The notes under the pieces were generated by a model. That model was given only the letters and a program-made list of their open reading frames with translations, did no database searches and was not told the origin of the DNA. From Roseibacillus sp. (GTDB taxonomy: Bacteria; Verrucomicrobiota; Verrucomicrobiia; Verrucomicrobiales; Akkermansiaceae): a DNA stretch of 64,000 nucleotides. The stretch lies in contig CBDEUM010000039.1 in the NCBI GenBank assembly GCA_965242925.1, positions 32,001 through 96,000 on the forward strand, in the 5' to 3' direction. Below, one piece after another: positions 40,334 through 50,027 of this stretch (positions are counted from its first letter, which is position 1; each line of letters opens with the position of its first letter). The position numbers and the translations under genes are program-made.

Positions 40334-41077
40334 CTACCAGTAAAGCGTCAACCCCGGCCGACCAAATCGCCGCCGCACCTGGGTGCCTTGGCGCCACTCA
40401 ACGTGACCATCCATGAACCCAAGGTGCGCGCCCTTGAACTTCTCATCCTCCTGGTAGTTGCCGATCTGCCGGTTGTTCCAGACCACAGCCAGATCAACCC
40501 AGAGAATGGGATAGGCGACCGTCTCACCAGTTCGCGTCGGGGTCCAACGATACGTTTCGTCATCCTCGTTGAAGACGTCATCGCGAATACGCTCCCACTC
40601 CTTCGCCTCCGGTGGCACGAACTCCCCGTTATCCGTCCAAACTGGATCGTCGATCACGCAGGCATAGGAGAATAGCGAGGAGGAACCCTCATCCACTCCT
40701 CCATAATTCCAGAGATCCATGTTGCTCTGACAGCTGTCCTTGCCGTCAGTCGTCCAACACTCATTGGAAGCATTGTAGGCCAGGTCCCGGGTGATCTTGT
40801 TATCCTCCCGCCACTCCCAACTGAACCAGAATGGAGCCCCACCGTTTTCAGTGACAAAATGCACCCTGGGGAAAATCCCGTTGTTGTCTCCTGCTCCTGC
40901 AAGCGAAATGGCGGACAGCTGCTTGATGTCCGAGATTGAACCGGTCTTGTGTGCAGCGGCAGTGATCTTGCCCACTCCCACGAAGGTCATGGCTGCAAGA
41001 GTGAGAATGATCGCCACAACCACCAGAACTTCAATCAGGGTGAAGCCGCTTCTCGAGGCAGAGGTTTCTAGTCTCAT
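40334..41077 (-). CDS. Prepilin-type N-terminal cleavage/methylation protein with H-X9-DG-like C-terminus
   Basis: SGFTLIEVLVVVAIILTLAA; C-terminal GAHLGFMDGHVEW. Confidence 0.88.
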   Translation of the reverse strand: MRLETSASRSGFTLIEVLVVVAIILTLAAMTFVGVGKITAAAHKTGSISDIKQLSAISLAGAGDNNGIFPRVHFVTENGGAPFWFSWEWREDNKITRDLAYNASNECWTTDGKDSCQSNMDLWNYGGVDEGSSSLFSYACVIDDPVWTDNGEFVPPEAKEWERIRDDVFNEDDETYRWTPTRTGETVAYPILWVDLAVVWNNRQIGNYQEDEKFKGAHLGFMDGHVEWRQGTQVRRRFGRPGLTLYW

Positions 41078-41317
41078 GGAATTACCGCTATCAGGTAGAG
41101 GCCCCCGACCCGATGTCAATTCCAACAACATTTTAATCCTCTTCAGATCATGAAAAGTGAAAAATTGCACGGTCAAGGCATTCCAGGAGGAAGAACACTG
41201 TTCTCCCTTCCAAAAACTGCGTTTTTGCGCTATCCGGCTCCATCCATTGCTGGATTCGGGAACTGACCCGACGCCCACGGTTTACAAACATCCTCTGGAG
41301 CGCTAGACGAAGCGATC

Positions 41318-42496
41318 ATGACTGCACGCGCCATAGGACTCGCTCTCGCCGTTACCCTCAGCGGATGTGACAACGGCGATCCCAAGACCGGAAAGAATCC
41401 CGAGTCTACACCTCCCGCGGCCGGGGTCATAGCCCGACACCAGCAAAACGATCCCCCGCTCCAGTCTCAACTCCCGGGTCCTCGTCAGCTTATCGGTTTG
41501 TGCTGGTTGGAACCGCCCTGCAATCCCTACCCTCCCCGACAACATGAAAACACAATTCTCATTGGCAGGTTCAATACACCTCCCGCGGCACGGGGCGGAA
41601 AAAACCCCCGAGCCCACGCCCCCCGAGCCCACGCCCCCCGAGGCCGATGCATTGCGCACGGAGATGTTTGCCGAAATGGCCCCCGAGCCCATTCCCTCGC
41701 ATGTCCCACCGTCAAAACCGATGCGGCCGAGGACGCTCACCGTGGAAATCACCGCCAGAATCGGGGTCTATCATCATCGGGGAAGACAAGCTCTGGCTCC
41801 CTGGGGGTGATGAGATCTCTCCCTGGTCCCACAATGAGGCCGCCTTCGCGCAAGGTGGTCCTCAGCCTCGACCTGCCCGAGGGGCCCGTCGAAGAACCGG
41901 CCACCGAGAAAGCCCCCACCGCCGGGGCCGAAACCAAAGCCAGGGTCACCCTGGAGACTTCCCACGGCACCATCATTCTTGAGCTCGATCCGGCCAAGGC
42001 TCCCCTCACCACCGGGAACTTCCTGAACTACGTGAACGAAGGATTCTATGACGGACTCATCTTTCACCGTGTGATCGACGGCTTTATGATCCAGGGAGGA
42101 GGATTTGCACTCGTCGAGGGCAAGGGGACGGAGAAGGAGACCAAGGCTCCCATCAGGAACGAGGGGAAGAACGGCCTCAGGAACATGCGGGGTACAATCT
42201 CAATGGCTCGCACCGACGCACCTGACAGTGCCACATCCCAGTTCTTCATCAATGTAGCAGACAACCCCAGCCTCGATCCGAAGAGCGCGGCGAACCCCCA
42301 GGGATTCAGTCCGGATGGCTATGCTGTCTTCGGCAAGGTGGTGGAAGGCATGGATGTGGTGGACAAGATCAAACAGGTCGACACCGGCGTGAAGCGCCTC
42401 CAGGCGCGCGACCGGGCCGGCCAACTTGTCGAGCAACCCATGGAGGACGTTCCGCTGCAGGATGTTGTGATCAAGAAAGCTACTGCAGGCCAATAG
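41318..42496 (+). CDS. Cyclophilin-type peptidyl-prolyl isomerase lipoprotein; linker carries two repeat-flanked segments
   Basis: Lipobox LSGC; cyclophilin domain from about 41945 ([64 protein letters not shown]). Confidence 0.88.
   Translation: MTARAIGLALAVTLSGCDNGDPKTGKNPESTPPAAGVIARHQQNDPPLQSQLPGPRQLIGLCWLEPPCNPYPPRQHENTILIGRFNTPPAARGGKNPRAHAPRAHAPRGRCIAHGDVCRNGPRAHSLACPTVKTDAAEDAHRGNHRQNRGLSSSGKTSSGSLGVMRSLPGPTMRPPSRKVVLSLDLPEGPVEEPATEKAPTAGAETKARVTLETSHGTIILELDPAKAPLTTGNFLNYVNEGFYDGLIFHRVIDGFMIQGGGFALVEGKGTEKETKAPIRNEGKNGLRNMRGTISMARTDAPDSATSQFFINVADNPSLDPKSAANPQGFSPDGYAVFGKVVEGMDVVDKIKQVDTGVKRLQARDRAGQLVEQPMEDVPLQDVVIKKATAGQ
41407..41595 (+). repeat. Direct repeat TACACCTCCCGCGGC(A)CGGGG flanking a hairpin-rich segment
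   Basis: Copies at 41407-41426 and 41575-41595; the second has an extra A at 41590. Confidence 0.8.
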
Positions 42497-42559
42497 GCTG
42501 CCAACCGCACCCGGCTCGTTCCCGTTCCGGGAGGGTCCCCGGCAACCAGGCCCTCCATC

Positions 42560-43339
42560 ATGCCCTGGCTCTTTCCAATTCTCGCTTACCTCGTCGGTTC
42601 CATTCCCTTCGGGGTTCTTATCGCAAGGTCCAGGGGAGTCGACATCCGGCAGCATGGATCGGGCAATGTGGGGGCTACCAATGTCTTCAGGGTGATCGGA
42701 AGGAGCTTCGGCATTTTCTGCCTCCTGCTCGATTTCCTCAAGGGGTTCCTGCCGGTTGTCCTCGCCACCAACCTCCTGCGGGTCGCCGGGGAGACCCCGG
42801 CCGTGCCCCTCCCCTTCCTCTGGGACTTCACCGGGGAGCTCCCAGCCGACCGGCAACTCTACGTTCACAGCATCCAGGTGCTCACCGCGCTCGCCGCCAT
42901 CATGGGCCACAACTACTCAATCTTTCTGCGCGGAAAGGGAGGCAAGGGTATCGCCACCTCCGCCGGGGTCCTGATGGCCCTCATGCCTCTGATCCTCCTC
43001 GGCACGTTCCTCGTCTTCTCAGCCACCTTCTACTTCAGCGGCTACGTCAGCCTGGGAAGCATGGCAGGGGCTCTCAGCATCCCCATCCTGCGTCATCTGG
43101 CAGACCATCTCCACCATATCGGCGGCGACAAATCTCAACCTTCACTCTGGGAAGCGGGAACCTGGAACAAACCGCTCATGGTTTTCGCTCTCATCGCCGC
43201 CGCCCTTGCAGTCTGGCGACACCGCTCTAACATCCAACGCATCCTGGCCGGAACCGAGGACCGCCTCTCAAGCCGGATACAAAAGACTTCCCGAACCGGG
43301 CGAAATCCTGAACAGAAAGGAAGCGACCATGAATCCTGA
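42560..43339 (+). CDS. plsY: Glycerol-3-phosphate 1-O-acyltransferase
   Basis: YLVGSIPFG, DIRQHGSGNVGATN, DFLKG, GHN..F..GKGGKGIAT, RHRSNIQR...GTE. Confidence 0.95.
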   Translation: MPWLFPILAYLVGSIPFGVLIARSRGVDIRQHGSGNVGATNVFRVIGRSFGIFCLLLDFLKGFLPVVLATNLLRVAGETPAVPLPFLWDFTGELPADRQLYVHSIQVLTALAAIMGHNYSIFLRGKGGKGIATSAGVLMALMPLILLGTFLVFSATFYFSGYVSLGSMAGALSIPILRHLADHLHHIGGDKSQPSLWEAGTWNKPLMVFALIAAALAVWRHRSNIQRILAGTEDRLSSRIQKTSRTGRNPEQKGSDHES

Positions 43340-44354
43340 TACCTTTCCTTCTTCCCCCCGGGTGGTCATTGTCGGATGCGGATCGTGGGGAACCGCACTG
43401 GCCACCGTCCTCTCCCACACTGCCTCCCGGGTCACCCTCATCGGGCGCAATGCCGAGGTCATCGAGGACATCAATTCAAACCATCGCAACGAGCGTTATC
43501 TTTCCGGGGGGCTGCTCGCTACGTCCATCACGGCCAGCGATGACCTCGCAGTCGCCTGCGACGCGGACCTCATCCTCTTTGTCGTTCCAAGCTCCGCCAC
43601 CAGGACTATCGCCGGGCAACTGGCTACCCTCGAACTCAAACCCCAGGCCATCCTGATGGCCTGCTCCAAGGGTATCGAACGAGGTACGGGGCAACGCATG
43701 TCCGAGATCATCGGCGAACTCCTTCCCACCCACCCACTCTCCGTCCTCTCCGGCCCCAACCACGCCGAAGAAGTCTGCAAGGGATTGGCCACCGCCACCG
43801 TGATTGGATCACAGGACGATGAAACAAGATCCTGCCTGCAGCACCTCTTTACCACGCCCACCTTCCGCTCCTATACCTGCAACGACCTCGCCGGCATGGA
43901 GTGGGGCGGTGCCATCAAGAACGTCTTTGCCATCGCCTCCGGCATCGCCTCCGGCATCGGCCTCGGCGACAACGCCACCGCCGCCCTCATCACCCGTGGC
44001 CTCGCCGAAATGATCCGCCTCGGCACCACCCTTGGCGGACAATCCGACACCTTTATCGGCCTCTCCGGGGTGGGCGATCTCATCGCCACCTGCTACTCAC
44101 ACCACTCGCGTAATTTCCGTGCCGGAATCTCCATCGGAAAGGGCAACACCGTCCAGCAGACGCTCGATGCCGAGGGAATGGTGGTAGAAGGCATCCCCAA
44201 TTGTCAGTCCATTCATGAGGTCGCCCGCCGTAGTGGCGTACGCACTCCCCTCATCGACTCGGTTTACAGCATCCTCTACCAGGACAAACCCGCTGCCGAG
44301 GCACTGCAGGAACTCCTCACCCGCGCACCACGCTCGGAGGCCGAGAACTGCTGA
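43329..44354 (+). CDS. gpsA: NAD(P)H-dependent glycerol-3-phosphate dehydrogenase
   Basis: GCGSWGTALA, SKGIE, LSGPNHAEEV, GAIKNVFAIA, GLSGVGDL..TC.S..SRN. Confidence 0.95.
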   Translation: MNPDTFPSSPRVVIVGCGSWGTALATVLSHTASRVTLIGRNAEVIEDINSNHRNERYLSGGLLATSITASDDLAVACDADLILFVVPSSATRTIAGQLATLELKPQAILMACSKGIERGTGQRMSEIIGELLPTHPLSVLSGPNHAEEVCKGLATATVIGSQDDETRSCLQHLFTTPTFRSYTCNDLAGMEWGGAIKNVFAIASGIASGIGLGDNATAALITRGLAEMIRLGTTLGGQSDTFIGLSGVGDLIATCYSHHSRNFRAGISIGKGNTVQQTLDAEGMVVEGIPNCQSIHEVARRSGVRTPLIDSVYSILYQDKPAAEALQELLTRAPRSEAENC

Positions 44355-44489
44355 TCGTCCCTCTTTGCCCGCCTCTTCTCCTTCTCCCTGTCCAGGGCAG
44401 CCGCCATTCAAGCCCCTGCTCTACTCCTCGCCAGTGGCGCACATCTCCCTAGCGTTACCCGGATTTATGGGTTACTAATCCCCGTTCCC

Positions 44490-45842
44490 ATGAGTGACCA
44501 GGAATCGAGCGCAGCCCAGTGGCGTCGCCTAGCCCGCCATGTCTCCGCCAAGATCAATATGGCCTGGTGGTTCGACAAGCTGGCGGTACCCCTGCTGGTC
44601 AGCAGCCTGATCGGCTCCTGCCTCATTCTGATGGCACGCCGTGAGCTGGTGCAATTCCCGTGGACAAAGACCGTGATTATCGGTCTGGTGCTGCTGCTTG
44701 GAATGGGGCTCATGGCCTGGTGGCGGGCCCGCAGCCATTTCGAATCTCCCGCTCGTGCCCTGGTCCGGATCGAAGCCAGCATGAGAATGCGCAACTCCCT
44801 CAGTGCGGCCAAGCAGGGCGTCACCCCCTGGCCGAGTCTCCCCGAGACCATCGATGACGGCACCCGCTGGCGCTGGTCCCGTCTCCTCGCTCCCTTGCTT
44901 GCCGCCGTCCTCTTTCTCGGCACCAGCCTTTTCCTTCCGGTATCGGCCAGGACCGACTCCGGCGAAGGTCCGCTCGACGAACCCCAGCCCTGGAAGGATC
45001 TGCAGGCTGACATCGAGGCTCTCGGAGAGGACAACACCGTCCAGGAAGAGTACCTCAAGGAGTTGGAGAATCGTCTCGATCAACTGCGCAGACAGAAAGA
45101 GCAGGAGTGGTACAGCCACTCCAGCGTGGAAGCCACCGATGCTCTCCGGAAAATGCACGGCAGTGAACTGGAACGCATGGAGCGCAACCTTCGCAAAGCC
45201 GAGCGAGCTCTCAACAACCTGCAGAAGGCTGATGGCAAAATGAGCGATGCAGGCAAGCAGCGCATGCTCAACGAATTTGAAAAAGCCCTGCAGGGGCTGG
45301 ACCAGGGCAAGATGAAACCCAACCAGGAACTGCTCGACCAGTTGAAGGAACTCGATCCCGGAAATCTGGAACAACTCAGCGGGGAAAAGCTCGACCAACT
45401 CCGCGAAAACATGAAACAGCATGCGAAGAACTGTCAGCAGTGCCAGGGAGGCGGTGAACCGGGAGGTCAGGGCCAGGGTGACGGCGAGGACTGGCTGGAC
45501 GACCTCCTCAATGAAGGGCCGGGAAATGGTGGACCGCAGGAGGAACAACCGGGAGGAAACGGCGGACGCAACCGCGGACCGGGCCCTGCTCCCGGCGTGC
45601 TCGGACAAATCTCTCCCGACGTGAACTCCGGTGACTTGGAAGGCCTGGAATCAAAGGATCTGAGCAAGTCGCTGCCAGGTGATCTCCTCGAACTCAACGA
45701 CGGTGAACACGAGGTAGACAGGAGCAAGGTCGGGCTCCGCACCGGCGGAAACGTGGGGGGTGAGGCCAAAGGCGGTGCCCGGGTGTGGAAAGATTCTCTT
45801 CTTCCCTCCGAGAAGAGCGCTCTCAAGGAGTTCTTCAAGTAA
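44490..45842 (+). CDS. Hypothetical membrane/coiled-coil protein of the MoxR cluster
   Basis: Three TM segments, long Q/E/K coiled coil, CQQC, Gly-rich region, C-terminal LP.EK..LKEFF. Confidence 0.7.
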   Translation: MSDQESSAAQWRRLARHVSAKINMAWWFDKLAVPLLVSSLIGSCLILMARRELVQFPWTKTVIIGLVLLLGMGLMAWWRARSHFESPARALVRIEASMRMRNSLSAAKQGVTPWPSLPETIDDGTRWRWSRLLAPLLAAVLFLGTSLFLPVSARTDSGEGPLDEPQPWKDLQADIEALGEDNTVQEEYLKELENRLDQLRRQKEQEWYSHSSVEATDALRKMHGSELERMERNLRKAERALNNLQKADGKMSDAGKQRMLNEFEKALQGLDQGKMKPNQELLDQLKELDPGNLEQLSGEKLDQLRENMKQHAKNCQQCQGGGEPGGQGQGDGEDWLDDLLNEGPGNGGPQEEQPGGNGGRNRGPGPAPGVLGQISPDVNSGDLEGLESKDLSKSLPGDLLELNDGEHEVDRSKVGLRTGGNVGGEAKGGARVWKDSLLPSEKSALKEFFK

Positions 45843-46065
45843 TCCAGCACCCCCCCCCAGATGACCGACAGTGGGGCTGCAGACGTGCAATCGGATGTCA
45901 CCCGGCATTCCCTCCGGTCAGGGGACGCGGGGATTGATACTTTACTGCCCACGGCGATGACCGTCTACTGCCTGCCCTCCAGTTTGCCCCCGTCCGCTCC
46001 CTCCCCGATCCCCGTCCCTGATTCTTCAACCGCTGACCACCGACAGTCCACCGCCCCCTGATTCC

Positions 46066-47082
46066 ATGGAGCACGCCTCGGAAACCGAAGTCACCGATGC
46101 CGGCAAGCACGTCCGGTCCCTTGCCAATGCCCTGCACCAGGTTCTCTTTGGTCAGGAAGAACTCATCCAGCTGGTCCTCACCGGCATTCTTTCGCGTGGC
46201 CACATTCTTCTCGAAGGTCTTCCCGGCCTGGGGAAAACAGAACTCGTTAAGGGGCTCTCCCGAATCCTCCATCTGGACACCAAGCGCATCCAGTTCACTC
46301 CCGATCTCCTGCCGGGAGATATCACGGGAAATCCCGTCCTTCAGGAAGTGGATGGCCAGCGCAAGTTCATCTTCCAGCCCGGCCCGCTCTTCACCAACAT
46401 TGTCCTCGCTGACGAGATCAACCGGGCCTCTCCCAAGACCCAGTCCGCCCTGCTTGAGGCCATGCAGGAACGCCGGGTCACTGTCCTGGGACAAACCCAC
46501 CAGCTTCCCTCCCCCTTCTTTGTCCTCGCCACCCAGAACCCGATCGAACTGGAGGGCACCTACCCGCTCCCGGAAGCACAGCTCGACCGCTTCCTGTTCA
46601 AACTGGAAGTCACTCGCAATGACGTCGCCACCCTTGAACGCATCGTGAATGACCGCGAACTCGGCACCGAACCCGAGGTGAAGGCCATCATGGACGAAAC
46701 TACGCTGGAGGAGGTACTTTCACTGGTCCGTCGTATTTTCCTCCCGGAAGTGGTCGGCAACTATATCGCCCGCCTGGTGGACGCCACCCACCCCGGCCAG
46801 TCAAATGCCGCCCGCAACATCAAATACGGCTCCAGTCCGCGGGCCGCTCTTTCCCTTGCCGCCTCCGCAAGGGCGCACGCACTCATGAGCGAGCGCACTC
46901 ACGCCAGCTTCGAGGATGTCAAGTTCGTGGCTCCCTCCGTCCTTCGCCATCGTGTCATCCTTGATTACAACGCGCGGGTGGAGGGCCTCACCGCCAATGA
47001 AGTCATCGCCTCCCTCCTGGAAGAGATTCCCTTCCAGGCGGGCACCACTCCCAGGACCCTGCATCAAACCTCCTCCACCTGA
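46066..47082 (+). CDS. MoxR family AAA+ ATPase
   Basis: GHILLEGLPGLGKT, RIQFTPDLLPGD, LADEINRASPKTQSALLEAMQE, ATQNPIELEGTYPLPEAQLDRF. Confidence 0.96.
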   Translation: MEHASETEVTDAGKHVRSLANALHQVLFGQEELIQLVLTGILSRGHILLEGLPGLGKTELVKGLSRILHLDTKRIQFTPDLLPGDITGNPVLQEVDGQRKFIFQPGPLFTNIVLADEINRASPKTQSALLEAMQERRVTVLGQTHQLPSPFFVLATQNPIELEGTYPLPEAQLDRFLFKLEVTRNDVATLERIVNDRELGTEPEVKAIMDETTLEEVLSLVRRIFLPEVVGNYIARLVDATHPGQSNAARNIKYGSSPRAALSLAASARAHALMSERTHASFEDVKFVAPSVLRHRVILDYNARVEGLTANEVIASLLEEIPFQAGTTPRTLHQTSST

Positions 47083-47093
47083 TTCTCTTACGC

Positions 47094-48935
47094 ATGAGGA
47101 ATCGGATACTCATCCTCCTCGCCCTCGCCGCACTGAATGCCCCGCTTCAGGTCGCAAACGCCCAGGCTTCGCAAGCCCTCATCAGGGAGACCTACAACGC
47201 CAAGGGAAAACCGGCAATCTCCCTGGAAGTCACTCCCCTCCTCACCCAGCTCCCCTCCTCCGGCTACTTCCCACTTCGCGTCAAGATCACCAATGACAGC
47301 AAGGCCAGCCGCACGTGGATGTTCGGGTTCACTTCGCGCGACTTCAATCCCGGTGGAGAGGGAAACGAACTCAAGTCCGAGTTTTCCGTGAAGTGCGATT
47401 CGCAGGCCGTAGCCGAAGTCGACCTGCTGGTCCCCCTGATAAGCGTCTTTCTGGAAAAAGGCTCCATCGAACTCGACATTGAGGTGAGCGCACCCGCTCC
47501 CTTCCCGGGCTCGAGGGAAACGATCTCAACGGAGTCCCATCATGACTGGCCCTCCGTAATGTGCAGCGAGACCATTCACAGCCGCAACGGGAACAAACTC
47601 GACAACGCGGTAGATTCCTCCCTCGGGGCCGCGCCCCATCCCGGTGTTTTCACCGGATCGGGGGGCTATGTCGGCATGGGCCTTGAGTTCGGAGCCAGCT
47701 TCAGCCCCAGGACCATGCCGGACGACTGGCGCGCCTACAGCGGCTACGACGCCTGTCTCCTGACCGACGGCGACTGGAACGACCTCCCGGTGGGAGCCAG
47801 GAGCGCCCTGCGCAAGTGGAATCGCCTGGGAGGAGTCCTCCTCGTCTACACCACCAACCCCGCAACCGATCTCAACAGCCTGGGCCTGGAGAAGGGTGCG
47901 GCGGGAGCTTCCCGTGCCGATTTCGGCTGGGGCACCGTGCGCCTCCAGAGCTTCCCCGACAGCGGTCTTCTTGAGGCCGAAGAGACAGTCAAACTCGTGC
48001 GCGACACCATCAGTCACACCGGCGGGCATCGTGCTCGAAACCTGCGGAGCAACTTCCACCCCCACTGGCCCCTTCAGGTAGCCTTCGGGGAAAAAACCTT
48101 CCATATCGCCTTTTTCATCCTCGTTCTCATCATCTTCGGGATTCTGGTCGGACCGGTGAATCTCTTCGTCTTTGCGCGGGCCGGACACCGGCACAAACTC
48201 TTCGTCACCACCCCTCTTATCTCACTTGGTGCAAGCACCATCCTGGTGGTGCTCATCCTCTTCCAGGATGGATTCGGGGGACGTGGCCAGCGTCTCGTCC
48301 TCCACGAGGTCGGCCCCGACAACACGGCTTACATTTCGCAGGAGCAGATCGCCCGCACCGGAGTCCTCCTGAAGACCGACTTCACCACCAGCGAACACGG
48401 TTACCTCAGCCCCGTCATACTCGCCAATTCACGCTGGGCCCGCATCACCGAGGAAAACAGTGGCGGCAACAGCCGTTACAATGTCGCCCTTGACGAGTCG
48501 GGTCTCAAGGCCACCGGCGACTGGTTCCAGAGTCGCAGCGAACACGGACACCTCTTCGAAACCATCCGTCCCTCCCGCGGCCGCCTGAATCTCGTCCGCA
48601 GTCCGGCAGCACCCACCATCAACTCGACATTCGAATTTCCCCTCGACGAGATCTTCTACCGTGACGGCAACGGCGGGATCTGGCGGGGCAGCGACGTTCA
48701 ACAGGGCCGCAATGTCTCACTCACGCCCTCTGACAAACAGGAGTTCGCTGACTGGTTCCGCCAGCAACGGGACCGCTTCGCCCGCCGCAACCAGGCGCGC
48801 CTTGATCTGTGCCGTAACCGACGGGGCCATTTCTTCGCCGTCTCCACCAGGGCCGAGGGGGTGAGCACCCTGAAGACCCTCGACTGGGAGGACACCTACA
48901 CCTTTCTCACCGGCCAGGTCCCCACTGGGAATTGA
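47094..48935 (+). CDS. Secreted/membrane hypothetical protein with GATase-like central region
   Basis: Signal peptide, MPDDWRAYSGYD..L, W...GG.L, two TM (ILVGPVNLF..., TPLISL). Confidence 0.7.
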   Translation: MRNRILILLALAALNAPLQVANAQASQALIRETYNAKGKPAISLEVTPLLTQLPSSGYFPLRVKITNDSKASRTWMFGFTSRDFNPGGEGNELKSEFSVKCDSQAVAEVDLLVPLISVFLEKGSIELDIEVSAPAPFPGSRETISTESHHDWPSVMCSETIHSRNGNKLDNAVDSSLGAAPHPGVFTGSGGYVGMGLEFGASFSPRTMPDDWRAYSGYDACLLTDGDWNDLPVGARSALRKWNRLGGVLLVYTTNPATDLNSLGLEKGAAGASRADFGWGTVRLQSFPDSGLLEAEETVKLVRDTISHTGGHRARNLRSNFHPHWPLQVAFGEKTFHIAFFILVLIIFGILVGPVNLFVFARAGHRHKLFVTTPLISLGASTILVVLILFQDGFGGRGQRLVLHEVGPDNTAYISQEQIARTGVLLKTDFTTSEHGYLSPVILANSRWARITEENSGGNSRYNVALDESGLKATGDWFQSRSEHGHLFETIRPSRGRLNLVRSPAAPTINSTFEFPLDEIFYRDGNGGIWRGSDVQQGRNVSLTPSDKQEFADWFRQQRDRFARRNQARLDLCRNRRGHFFAVSTRAEGVSTLKTLDWEDTYTFLTGQVPTGN

Positions 48936-48962
48936 GCCACGTTCCAAAATCCGAGAGCTTCC

Positions 48963-50006
48963 ATGTCCGTCGCCATTTCCGTCCGCAACCTCTTCCGCTA
49001 CTTCGGCCCCCTCAAGGCCGTCGACGGAGTGTCCTTCGACATTCCGCACGGCTCGGTGTGCGGGTTTGTGGGTGCAAATGGAGCGGGCAAGACCACGACC
49101 ATGCGCATGCTCGCCACCCTCGATTATCCCACCATGGGTTCTGCCGAGATCTGTGGCATCAACGTGGTCAACCACCCCGACAAGGTGCGCTCCCTCATCG
49201 GATGGATGCCAGATCATTTCGGGAACTACGAGCACATGACAGTGCTCGAATATCTCGATTTTTACGCCCGCGCGCTCGGCTACACCGGCGACGAACGCCG
49301 CAGCCGCCTCGAGGAGGTGATGGCATTCGCAGACCTCGTAGCCCTGGCTGACCGTCTCTCCAACAAGCTCTCCAAGGGCATGACCCAGCGTCTCTGCCTT
49401 GGCCGGGCCCTCCTGCATGACCCGCAGGTCCTCATCATGGACGAACCCGCCGCCGGCCTCGACCCCCGGGCCCGGGTGGAACTCAAGCACCTCATCCGCA
49501 TTCTGGCGGAGGAAGGAAAAACCATCTTCATCTCCTCTCACATCCTCTCCGAACTCGGTGAGATGTGTGACTCGTTGCTCTTCATCAATGCCGGCCGCAT
49601 CGTGCACCATGGCGATGCGGAGTCCCTTAAGCGGGGATCGGATACCTCCGGCGGCGTTTACTACGATGTCCAGGTCGACGGCAACCCGGAGTCCGTTTCC
49701 GACTGGGCCGTCCTCAACACCGACGTCGAGATCATGGAAGCCCGCAAGCGCGGTGCACGCATCCGGATTCCCTCCGCCGAGTCCGCCAGAGCCGCCGAGA
49801 TTCTCAGCCGCATGGTTCGGGAAGGTGTTCGCGTGATTGAATTCCACCGGGAAGAGCGCAATCTTGAGGACGCCTTTATCGACATCCTGGGAAAGATCGA
49901 AGAAGGAGAACCCGGGCTGACCCCGCCCCCCCAGCCAACCACTCCGGCTGGGAGTCCGCCGGACGATCCCGTCCCACCCGCCGAACCTCCTCCCCCTGTC
50001 GTCTAA
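48963..50006 (+). CDS. ABC transporter ATP-binding protein (ABC-2 type)
   Basis: Walker A GANGAGKTT, signature LSKGMTQR, Walker B LIMDEP, SSH switch. Confidence 0.95.
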   Translation: MSVAISVRNLFRYFGPLKAVDGVSFDIPHGSVCGFVGANGAGKTTTMRMLATLDYPTMGSAEICGINVVNHPDKVRSLIGWMPDHFGNYEHMTVLEYLDFYARALGYTGDERRSRLEEVMAFADLVALADRLSNKLSKGMTQRLCLGRALLHDPQVLIMDEPAAGLDPRARVELKHLIRILAEEGKTIFISSHILSELGEMCDSLLFINAGRIVHHGDAESLKRGSDTSGGVYYDVQVDGNPESVSDWAVLNTDVEIMEARKRGARIRIPSAESARAAEILSRMVREGVRVIEFHREERNLEDAFIDILGKIEEGEPGLTPPPQPTTPAGSPPDDPVPPAEPPPPVV

Positions 50007-50027
50007 CTCCTCTTTCCCTCTACCGGC

